Source: Octopus vulgaris (Eukaryota). Taken from it: 64,000 nt of DNA. A program made the position numbers and the translations under genes. Location of the stretch: contig OX597822.1 of NCBI GenBank assembly GCA_951406725.2, positions 8,618,001 to 8,682,000 on the forward strand, read 5' to 3'. The stretch's first letter is position 1; each line of letters opens with the position of its first letter. Of the stretch, positions 27,634 through 38,475 are shown piece by piece. The notes beneath the pieces are model-generated. The model saw only the letters and a program-made list of their open reading frames with translations. It made no database searches and was not told the DNA's origin.

Positions 27634-28106
27634 CCTTACGATCACTGTGAAAGCGACTGTGATTTACTAGTAAGATACCAGGTGTAAACCATTCATTTTA
27701 TTAACCATTATATACATACATATATATACACATACACGCACATATGTGTGTGTGTGTGAAGGTAAGATCCAAGGAGGTGTAGGTAGTTAGTGAGCTTCAA
27801 GCAATTCGTAGACGATATAAAAATCAATTTTCAGGAACAATAGTAGTTTATTGGATCAGAAATTTGTGAATTTTTCCAGTATTGAAGTACGATAGGCTGA
27901 AAAGAAAGTTAATTTCATGTTCACGGCCAGAAACAGGGTTTGTTCTGAATGCGATTACATATCCAGAAATTAGTAGATAAAATCCAGGCTACATGTATTT
28001 CATTGTTAGAAGAACCTCGGAAGTAGTAAGTTATCCGAAAGAGGAGTAGACGGCAAAGTATTCGTCAAGCCTATTCTTTTTTTTGTGAATACATACATAT
28101 ATACAA

Positions 28107-28147
<41 letters not shown>

Positions 28148-28193
28148 CAAGCATATATATCTATATACATGCATACATGCATATATATATATG

Positions 28194-28245
<52 letters not shown>

Positions 28246-28378
28246 ATATTATATTATAGTGCATTGTATTATAGATAGATAAATAGGTAGAGTGAAAGAC
28301 AGACAGACAAGTAAAAAGTGTTTATAGATGTGTACATCTGTGTATGCCCCGTAAAGGTATACGCAGTTATACACGCAC

Positions 28379-28451
<73 letters not shown>

Positions 28452-28989
28452 GAGCTTGGTTTATTATAGTTTTATATATTTCTCTACAAATAAAGGAGAA
28501 GTGCATGTTAATTTGACTATTAATTCGATGTGCTTTCTGAGTGATTGGTGTACATGTTCAAATGACTAATTTGTTGGTATGCGTGCATCTCTATACATAC
28601 GTAACCCGAATGTAAATGTTCACTATGCAGCTTTGTTCATAAACGCAAGTGAAGAAATTCATATATTCACACATTCGGCAGCGGAACATTAGGAACTCTA
28701 AAAATACAGAGGGGAACTTTTCAAGAATCCTAATTTTTTGTAATACTTTACTCCATGGTGTCAACCCGTTTTGTCAAAATATTCTGAGAAAATTCATACC
28801 TTCCATTTGTCTTACTACTCTCTGGTTCTAAGAAAAAACAATCTGGCGTGTGTGTGCGTGAGTGTGTGTGTGTGTGTGTGTGTTTGTGATATTGTGTGTA
28901 TTTACATGTGTGTCTATGTGTGTGCAACTTTAACCTCTTCCCTAATAATGTAAAACAGGTGGATTTTCCTGTGAAAAGAAAAAAGAATA

Positions 28990-29890
28990 TCTAGCAAGAA
29001 TATAGTTATGCAGTTTTGATAAAGAAAAAGGGAAACATTAAAATGATCGTATAGTAAAATCAATTACACCAGAAGAGGATACGATTAGAGAATGAAGTAA
29101 TAAGGTGTATGTTTGCCTAGAGATGAATGATATATGCTCCTAGAAATGAAGAGCATATGCTACTAGTATTGCTGCATCATGATAAGATAATGGACAAAGT
29201 AGTGCGATTGTATCCAAAGATGCCTAGAATATCAGGAAAGTGCTCTAAACCAAACTATTAAAAGGTAGTGTCCCAAACTGTGTTCCATGTCAATAATATC
29301 TACTTCCTGTCAAACCTGAGACAATGTGCTACTCTCGTGTAGAAAAAAGCTACAAAGATTGGACAGAAGAAAGTTGCTCAAAATGCATAAACTACATCAC
29401 TCTAAAATTATTCTCGATATGGTTTACTTACTTAGAAGCAAAAGGTCCGATATTGTGTTTGAAAAACTATGTTGGATTGGAAAAACTATGAAGTGCATAG
29501 TAAAGTAAGAATACTGTCTGCTGCCAGACATATCAAATAATCAGCCAAACAGTAAGAGAATCCAACAACAGAAGGTAGAATTGGATAAATATTTGAAAAA
29601 AGAATCGTGAGGTTAATTCATGCAACAAACTGATCATGTTGAAAATGACTGACCATTGGAAATGCTAATTATAGTCGCTCGGAATCAAACTATGAGAATA
29701 TACTTGAATTCAATGAAATGGGTGATGACACACAGAGAACAAACACAAGATCCGTGAGCTGGTAGACGTAAAAATGAGCCACCACATAAGTGAATGTGGT
29801 TATGATGAATCAAGATTTTATGAGACATTTCCAAATTTGCGGCTATATTATCGAAAGGACATGATCGCAGGAGACCGAAAAAACAAGATC
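28990..29890 (+). mobile_element. Highly decayed Dong/R4-clade LINE fragment
   Basis: LDRRKLLKMHKLHHSKIILDMVYLLR aligns with IRKLLTIHRIHHPKADIERLYLPR of the 45-46 kb element. Traces of the IAAQDQ and RRPD regions are visible. Confidence 0.6.
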
Positions 29891-29990
29891 AAGTACTCTA
29901 TATTATAGTACATCGGATAACAAAGAAATCAAGAGACAGAGGACCATCAAGTGTTAGCCTGAGTGATAAAAATATTCTGAAGGAGAGATG

Positions 29991-30366
29991 AGGAATGGAA
30001 GCACTCCGTCGGTTACGACGGTGAGGGTTCCGGTTGATTCGAATCAACGGAACAGCCTGCTCGTGAAATTAACGTGTAAGTGGCTGAGCACTCCACAGAC
30101 ACGTGCACCCTTAACATAGTTCTCGGGGATATTCAGCGTGACACAGAGAGTGAAAAGGCCGGCCCTTTGAAATAAAGGTACAACAGAAACAGGATGTAAG
30201 AGTGAGAGAAAGTTGTGGTGAAAGAGTACAGCAGGGATCACCACCATCCCCTGCCGGAACCTCGTGGAACTTTAGGTGTTTTCGCTCAATAAGCATTCAC
30301 AACGCCCGGTCTGGGAATCGAAACCGCGAGTCCGCTGCCCTAACCACTGGGCCAGTGCGCCTCCAC
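29991..30366 (-). mobile_element. tRNA-derived SINE (head A + tail X) flanked by a 97-bp direct repeat
   Basis: Minus-strand head ggaggcgcactggcccagtggttagggcagcggactcgcggtttcgattccc (A and B boxes). The body is shared with 53924-54218 and the tail with 39721-40049. Flanking repeats lie at 29894-29990 and 30367-30463. Confidence 0.85.
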
Positions 30367-30933
30367 TACTCTATATTGTAGTACATCGGATACCAAAGAA
30401 ATCGAGAGACAGAGGACCATCAAGTGTTAGCATGAGTGATGAAAAGATTCTGAAGGAGAGATGTAACGATTGTTTCTCTAGTAATCAGAAAACAGCTAGA
30501 TACCCAAGCTGTTTTCTGCGAGGCTGAAGACTAAGAGCTGAGAAACATATTTGTCGTTTAGCCAGTGGTTTACCCATTTTCAACGGTCTGTCTTTTCGTC
30601 CTACTTCTATGAAGACAAACATTTGATGCTTTATTCCTTTAATGAGTTTTCATTCAAAACTCGCTACGTTTACAGGCGATTCTTTTTCGAGAAATTGGTA
30701 CTCTATGTTTGACTCCTTCTATGAAAGTAAAATCATTTCATATTTCTGCTGCAGCTTCTCTGAAACGATCCATTGAGAAAGCAGAGAGACTCTCAATCAT
30801 ACGGTTGGTTATGCTAATCTTAGTCATTTTCAAGTCTTGTCTGTACTTGAACATATTTACGCAAGGACACTTAGAAAATAATTTTTCAGATGTCCATAGC
30901 CTTATATAAAATGTTGATGCAGGAGATATAGAG

Positions 30934-31346
30934 AATACCAAACGAGTTCCCTATGGATACCGTATTTATTACGACGAGTGGTTTGTAAACGTATCTAACG
31001 AGCGAAAGCGAGTTAGATACGTTTACAAGCCACGAGTTGTAATAAATACGGTATCCATAGGGAATGAGTTTGGTATTTTATTTATTACACACGAATAAAC
31101 GACCATATTTTATTAACCCAATAACTAAATTCTTCACGTTTAGTTGTAACTTATGAATGACAAAAGTAGTGCCGTCACCGTGACCTCAAGTCATCACCAT
31201 GGATTGACCAATCAGAAGCAGCGCTGTCACCGTGACCTCGGGTCATCACCATGGATTGACCAATCAGAAGCAGCCCTCGTATTATCTGACATATGTTAGA
31301 TACTAAAAATATCTCAAAGTGTTCTCACTCACATGTGTGTAATAAA
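30934..31346 (+). mobile_element. Non-autonomous palindromic element: 144-nt G.A-mismatch hairpin, 12-bp IR and 52-bp tandem repeat (possibly Crypton-like, unverified)
   Basis: Hairpin 30934-31077 is centred on GCGAAAGC (31002-31009). IR tttattacacac (31081-31092) pairs with gtgtgtaataaa (31335-31346). Tandem units lie at 31171-31222 and 31223-31274. Confidence 0.7.
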
Positions 31347-31487
31347 ATATTGTTAACGAACCTACATTCTATATTTCGTTTTCCATGACATTTGTGTCAG
31401 AGTGTAATAGTCGAGACTATTTTTTCTTGCTATTTATGGTGATTGAGTTCCTGAAACAATTTTCCTTTAAATATATTAATGAGCCAT

Positions 31488-31726
31488 AAAACGTCGGTGA
31501 GCTGGCAGAATCGTTAGCACGCCGGGCGAAATGCGTAGCCGTATTTCGTCTGCCGTTACGTGTTCTGAGTTCAAATTCTGCCGAGGTCGACTTTGTCTTT
31601 CATCCTTTCGGGGTCGATAAATTAAGTACAAGTTACGCACTGAGGTCGATGTAATCGACTTAATCCCTTTGTGTCTGTCCTTGTCTGTCCCCTCTACGTT
31701 TAGCTCCTTGTGGGTAGTTAAGAAAT
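31488..31726 (+). mobile_element. tRNA-derived SINE with Nin-like central domain and 17-bp TSD
   Basis: Head gagctggcagaatcgttagcacgccggg..gagttcaaattc; core gaggtcgactttg..tttcatcctttcggggtcgataaa. TSD atatattaatgagccat lies at 31471-31487 and 31727-31743. Confidence 0.9.
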
Positions 31727-32357
31727 ATATATTAATGAGCCATTGACAATACTCTTACACGTATGTTCGCCAGAAAACAGAATGTTGAGTACAGAAACGG
31801 AGGCGTTATCTATCCAATATACTAAATTCGATTGCTGACGCACTAGGTGATACTCAAAGATGCTGCCACGGGGAATTCCAAGTTTTGCAGTTGGAAACTT
31901 TTCAAATGAGGGCTTCGCTGTAACCCAACCCACTTTTTGTGCTCTCAGATTGCATATCCGAGAATGTTCAACATTGTCTTGATCCCTTTGTGGTCGATAA
32001 AACACGTTACAGAAAACTGGGACTAATCGGAATATTACTGCTTAGTGAGACATGAGTTTTTTAATGTTATGTGTACCGGTTCATGAGTTGGCAGGCAGCA
32101 ATGGGCGTGATGACATTGGTGCTAAATTGTAAAAGTGGCCGCCTTTTACATACAGTGACGAAGATGAAAGAAAAACTTGCTTCTGTGGGTAACTGGCAGA
32201 TCTTCTCTAAATCTACGCAATCCAGCGTATAGAGATGACATACATTCTTCAAGCGCAGGAATGGAGATGATACACATACATATGTATACGTATATACACA
32301 CATACACACAAGCACGACACATATTTCGTTATTTATGTGTGTTTGAGTGTGTGTGTG

Positions 32358-32417
<60 letters not shown>

Positions 32418-32554
32418 ATATTTCAGCATATGCGACCTTCATATATTTTCAAATTATATACCTTCATATATATGTAGACGAACAATTAAAGGAATAAAAT
32501 TTCTCTTTAAATAGGAATATGCATTAATGAACCCATTCAAATATGGAATATTTT

Positions 32555-32809
32555 CCTATTTTACGTCACTTTCCAATAAATTGATTGGTATTCGATCTTT
32601 TAAACGTTATCGATTGTAATTCTCTTCTAAATGCAGTACCGCCATCTAAAGTGATTGGTATTAATCCATTCAGCTTTGTTGTGTTTTTACTTTTTAACGT
32701 GATAGAAAAAGAAATGGAATTCATACTTTAACGCTTTTGTTGAAAATACCTTGTTGTTTCTGAATGTATATTACATTTCACGCCTATAGTATCAAGTGTG
32801 CAGGTGAGT
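32555..32809 (+). promoter_or_regulatory. Candidate promoter and non-coding first exon ending at a consensus splice donor
   Basis: CRE-like TACGTCA (~32562), CCAAT/ATTGG boxes (~32573, ~32584, ~32654), and a perfect CAG|GTGAGT donor at 32801-32809. Motif-level evidence only. Confidence 0.3.
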
Positions 32810-33860
32810 CGATCGTTATATTGACTGATTACCTTCGAGACTTGAATGCAGAAAGTAAATTCATATTTAAACATAAATGCTCATATGCCTTTCTTTGTAG
32901 AAATTTTAGTTTTCCATTTCACACTGCTTTCAAATTCATATAAATGCCTTTCATTTTTTTCTTATATTTCAATATAGAATTTCTATTAGATACTGTAATA
33001 GGCTATTTTGTTAAATTTTAATAGAAATTCTTAAACGTGCAGCTCCTGATACCTTCTAATAACGATATCATTATAACTTTTGGAATTAATTTTTTTCAGT
33101 TATAGAGAAAGATTGCATAGTTTCTATGAAATATTCTCCAATATGTTTCAGAAAATATATTTATTGCAGCACTACACAGAGAAATTAATATCCCCATCGA
33201 ATTATTATTGTCCGATTTTGCAACATTCTCTCAACCTAACACAGCTTAAGGAATCGAAGTTCAAGGAATATAGGCCACACAATTTTAAATTTGTAATCAT
33301 TAATTCCTTTCGAGTGTTCGGAAGGTTAATCTATGTATGGAGGAGTTTGCTGATGATTGAATCAATGAAGCTTTATTGCTTTCAAAGGAAATAATAGTTT
33401 GAATAATAGCCCTTTATTTCATATGAATGGAAATGGGAAATCTAGCTCTGATGCCATTTTCTAAACGTATTATTAACACAACTGAACCGAAATACTAGCC
33501 TAAGTTTGAATGTTGTAAATGTTTCATTCTACGGTACTATCAAAGTTTGTTTTGTACATGATGGATTGAAAAGAAGAATCTATATATAGAAATATATAGT
33601 GATATTGCATTTTGGACATATATGTTCCGTGTTCATAGCCAACCGGAGTCCTCTTAGAATGGCATGTACCAAGGAGACGCTGTCAATTATCAACTTTGCA
33701 TTTCACATTACTATTTATCTTCAGAGGAAATGAAAGATATATGCCTCCGGTGATCAAATTCCCTTATATTTCTTTTTCTCTTATAGGTTGAAACTCTTAT
33801 ATTTCACATATTCAGTTCATACAATTAAAGAAGTCGACAAATCGTTACACTATCTTTGAG

Positions 33861-34895
33861 ATGGCAACTGATTTCAAGTCTGTAGTAAGTCAGTATATTA
33901 TACCATGCATCGCTGGTGAATAGTATTTACTCCAAGAAACCATTATCTGTTCTCCGTATGCAAAGCAAATTATAGCTGTGTCTTCTTATCTATGGTAAAC
34001 TTTGCACAGTAGAACTAAATGTACTAATCACAAACAAGCATAATTTGAGTAATTTGAAAGGAGATGCTTCCACATGGCCTCTTGTTTAAGTTATGTTAGT
34101 GTAAATTGAACATCAATAAAGTCTTAAAAAAAAAAATAACATTCAAATGTCCTTCCTCCTTTAAATATGATATATATATATAATCAAATATTAAACTAAT
34201 ATTAGACCAATCACATCTGCCTACAATTAATATATCTTTTGATATTATTCACAATTTATTGAAATATTGTATTTCTAGAATTGAAAATATTAAAAAATCA
34301 TATGAATTTTGAAGAAATTCAAATAGAGATAAGTGTTATTAGGCTTAATCATTTTAATGGTTTGTCTGTAAATCAAGGAACATAAAATGCATGTTTGTGT
34401 TTTCATTTTTAGTTGATGTTGTAAGATGTAAAATCTTAAAGAAGTGGGCATATATAAATTTTAGTTAATTAAGTAACTTGATTTGCTTTGCAAGAATAAA
34501 TAGCGGATGAGCAATAGAAATAAACTAAAAGTTGATGAAAGGTTCTCAACTTAATTAATTAACTAATTAATCAAATTATTTAAAAATACTTGTCAACCTG
34601 AATTGCCAAGAATTAATTAACAACATGCGGTGAATCATTAATAAATGCAGATCCGATATTGCAGATGGACATAGTGTTCTCCAATTATAAAAATTACATT
34701 ATCATCGAGATTGTATGTTTTATCTGTTCTTTTCCTTGTTCCTTTTAGATACTTTGTTCATTAATGGAATGTCGGAATACTGAAGCTGAAGGATCTTTTA
34801 ATAAGGATTCAACAACATCGGAAACAGAAATAAATATTGATATATGTTGTCAATATTTAATTTATACCAACACGTGTTCAGTGTTAAAAAATTGA
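33861..34895 (+). CDS. Candidate spliced small ORF (56 aa, no recognisable homology): coding parts 33861-33884 and 34749-34895
   Basis: Pyrimidine-rich acceptor ..tttctttttctcttatag (ends 33786); Kozak-like gagATGG; donor GTA|GTAAGT (33885); strong acceptor ..ttcttttccttgttccttttag (ends 34748). Phase-0 join reads MATDFKSV|ILCSLMECRNTEAEGSFNKDSTTSETEINIDICCQYLIYTNTCSVLKN*. Confidence 0.3.
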
Positions 34896-34954
34896 AGAAA
34901 TGTTTTTAATTGTCAAACTTCGCTGAAATTGAATATTGGTTTTAAAATATTCGC

Positions 34955-35142
34955 ACAAGGCCACCAATTTTAGTGGAGGTTTGAAGTCGATTCGATCGAC
35001 CCCATTACTCAATTGGTACTTGATTTACTGATCCTGAAATGTTAAGTCAGCCTTAGTGGAATTTGAACTCAGAAGGTAGAGATGGACCAAATACCACTAG
35101 GCATTTTCCGGGCGTGTTAATGATTCAGCTTGCACGCCGGCT
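34955..35142 (-). mobile_element. Degenerate SINE (family of 31488-31726)
   Basis: Reverse-complement similarity: gaatttgaactcagaa..gcattttccgggcgtgttaatgattc. Confidence 0.65.
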
Positions 35143-36429
35143 TATGTGTATTGAATATTGAAATTTTGTTCTATTGAGTTAAATTTTCACCAAGGAAAAT
35201 ATACATATGTGAGCGTATGTATGTGCGTGTGTATGCAAATATAATAAAATTTTAACGAGCGTTTCCAAAACACCAAATCCTTTATAACATAGAGAAGTGA
35301 GATCAAAGACACATATAAATATATCTGGGAACCGAGAAAATCCGGGGAGCAAAACTTCATAATATTTCAATGTAGTCGGATAAAAGTTCACGAAAAGCAT
35401 ACAGTAACGTCGGTGGTGAGATATATAAGACTTAGAGTGGACATTCATGCTGATTCGAACAGCATAAATAATAACGGATCATCAGCGTAAACCACATAAG
35501 TTTTGTATAGGAAAGTGGAGATGTGTATTCCGAAAAGATGGTTCAAACACAAACTATTCGTTTCCTTAATTATGTAAGCGAATACTTTGTGATTGAACCT
35601 CCTCTTCAGAATACAAATCTCCACTTTCTCATAATCTACACGTTCTCAAATTGTTTTTGAAGTTGTCACTCCATTTATAATAACTTTTACAGTAGCTACA
35701 TAGTGAAGTGTGTCAGACTTTTGCTCAACATAATGCTATTATCTTTAACTATATTCATCTTACTAGTTGCATGCTATTCTTCGAAGCACAACAGTTCGGA
35801 TATTAGATCCGAACAAAGGCACTAACGGCATTTCGGTCCTTAGTATCTTCATTCCGAAAGATGTTCTCATTAGCTAATGCAGTTTCCACAACAGGCAAAC
35901 TATCGCAATTAATCCTTATACGTGGAGTACAATTACGAAGTGGATTAAAGGGAAAGAATATTGAAAATATGGGGTTTGTTGTGTGAACAATGTGTAAACC
36001 TGATCTTGCACGTAAACATTATTGAATTGGGTACGTAATCAGATTTAATGTGAATGCAGTTTTCCATGAAGCCAGAAATTATTTTTGTGCAAAGCAGTGC
36101 ATACAATGTGTTATATGTGGTTGGGAATTAAAATGTCATTGAATGATTTATTTAACGATAATAAACACATTACATTTTGCTTATCGTTCACAAACTTAGA
36201 AGAAATCCATCACTGAAACGTTGTGAAATAAATCAAACATACTGAAATTAAACACACCAGTATCGCAAAAAGAATAACGCAAGTCATTTAATTTGCCGAC
36301 GTATTCTTCGCTCAATGAATGAAATCAATGTCAGTACCAACATTTCAAAAAGAAAACTGAAACAGAAAGATACAGATAGGGTCATTCTAATTCATATTAT
36401 AATGCCAGTTCACTCTTCGCAAGATTATT

Positions 36430-37450
36430 CCGTGATATTTGCGAATATCAGGCTATTTTCCGATGATGGTACATTAATGGACGAGACTTATCGAGTGATC
36501 AAAAATTGACGTGGTTCTACTCAAGCAAAAAACCAATCTACAACAGCCCGTATCCTTTTAAATCGTACACATATTTCTAAGATGGTAATTAGTGAACTTG
36601 AGCATAATATCTACATCAGTAATACATGTCAATTTATGTGCAAACGAAAATATCATATAGGGAAAAGATTTATTCATTTCAATGAATGACCTGCAAGAAA
36701 GGCTAAAACTAATTTTCTATTATATTCCTTTTCTTGATCAAAATCTTAAAGTTGTTACTAGCGATGTGCTACGTTTGGTCGCATGCTGCAATAGGCATTA
36801 TACAGGATGGTATATATTTCTGGTCTTCAAATAACGACTAAAAGATTTACTCAAAATATAGGCTATATATAGTGTTGTGCATATTAAATTTTAATTTCAC
36901 GAGAATCGGCTGGATCTAATTTTTAAATAGTGGTGGTATCTGAGGCTCCAGAAACTCTATATTCAATTGGCGTGTGATAATTTTACCACAGCTTTCGGAA
37001 CTGAAAAAACAACTTAGTTACATTAGAGTTTTAAATTGTTTCCAAATACTGTTTGTAAAATAATAGACAGAAAACACCAATGGAAAATACAAAAATTAAA
37101 AGAGGCAGCACATATGCTAGGACACAATAAATACCTAAGCAGAACTAGTGCATATTTTAATGTAATATCAGAACCGGTATTACGACAAGGTAAAATATTA
37201 AGTTTATAAGCCCCAAAATTCACTCTATAAATACCTACGGCATATCGCATAATGCATAAGAGCGCGGGTTACTAACCCTCGGATTCTTATTCGATCCCAG
37301 GGAATAATATCCACACACAAAAAAGAATACCTTAGGAATGAGAACCCAGGTTCAAAATTTCCCCAAGACACCTGATGAAGGTATAACAATCAAAACGTTG
37401 TGTTAACAACAAGTAAGTTGAGGACAAATATCCTTCAAATGTAAGTAATA
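36430..37450 (+). mobile_element. Decayed Penelope-like element: RT traces, endonuclease C-terminus and terminal repeat region
   Basis: RLFSDDG and IPFLD traces. 37040-37208 reads KIIDRKHQWKIQKLKEAAHMLGHNKYLSRTSAYFNVISEPVL. The downstream region has a tRNA-like fragment (~37260-37300) and a CTGATGA..CAAAAC hammerhead-like remnant at 37372. Confidence 0.6.
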
Positions 37451-38066
37451 TAAAGAATTTTAAAAATGAATAAAATGCAACCTCGTTGACACAAAATTTT
37501 ACAGGAAATTCTCAGAAATTAGAAATTCATTGACTTCTACAATTTCTGAAGTAAAGTGCTGAACAAATTTGTCAGTATATTTACAGAAAAGTAGTTTAAT
37601 TGTTTTAATGGATTTTCAATTGCTTCAGTGTTGTAGAAATCGTATGAAAAGAGACGAAATTAACATGAAAAAGTATTTCAAAGATACATACTGAAAACAA
37701 AGCGCTAAAGGTGACTTAAAAATATATTAATATAAAATGTATTCAGCACGGAAAGTGTAAATGACAGATTTCAAGACGAGGTCTCAGAGAATGCAACAAT
37801 GTCTGTATGGATATTTAAGCATTTAGCCAATTTTAGATGATTCTTAATTAGGGAACTTAGGTTCTGGTAGCAATTTATTTGAATATTTAAAAACGTAACT
37901 CGAAAGAGTCATAGATCAAAAGAATAGTGTCGTTGCAGTTAATTTAAACAAATTAGAAATTTTAACCGGCACACCGACTGATTTCATTCAGTAGAGCTTA
38001 AGTCATACAAGATCTTTATAATTCGAAGTCATTGAGAAAGTGATAAAATGTATTAGTAGCACCCAT

Positions 38067-38246
38067 GCGCAGGACTGGCTGTGTGGTAAGTAGCTTGCTT
38101 ACCAACCACTTGGTTCCGGGTTCAGTCCCAGTGAGTGCCACCTTGGGCAAGTGTCTTCTACTATAGCCTCGGGCCAACCAAAATCTTCTGAGTGTATTTG
38201 GTGGATGGAAACTGAAAGAAGCCCGTCGTATCTATGTCTATATATA

Positions 38247-38279
<33 letters not shown>

Positions 38280-38475
38280 TTATGTTTCTGTGTTTGTCCC
38301 CCAACATCGCTTAACAACTGATGCTGGTGTGTTTACTTCCCAGTAACTTAGCGGTTCGGTAAAAGAGTCCGACAGAATAAGTACTATGCTTATAAATCCT
38401 AGGGTCGATTTGCTCGACTAAAGGCGGTGCTCCAACATGACCGCAGTCAAATGACTGGAACAAGTAAAAGAGTAA
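38067..38475 (+). mobile_element. tRNA-derived SINE, second family, with internal (TA)/(TG) microsatellite
   Basis: Head ggctgtgtggtaagtagcttgcttaccaaccac..gggttcagtccc; tail ..gcagtcaaatgactggaacaagtaaaagagtaa. Homologous to 49987-50390 and 59232-59290. Confidence 0.85.

Noticed and set aside
26980-27645. Two 'paralogous' ORFs with similar peptides (INHDNCF..GHSTT.SGASG..DVSRRV)
   Set aside because: They are the two arms of one inverted repeat read on opposite strands, not duplicated genes.
30525-30565. Hammerhead-like CTGAAGA..GAAAC..GTC
   Set aside because: Stem II and stem I cannot form; probably chance.
31171-31274. Possible CRISPR-like repeat
   Set aside because: Only two adjacent 52-bp units with no spacers, no cas genes, and a eukaryotic context.
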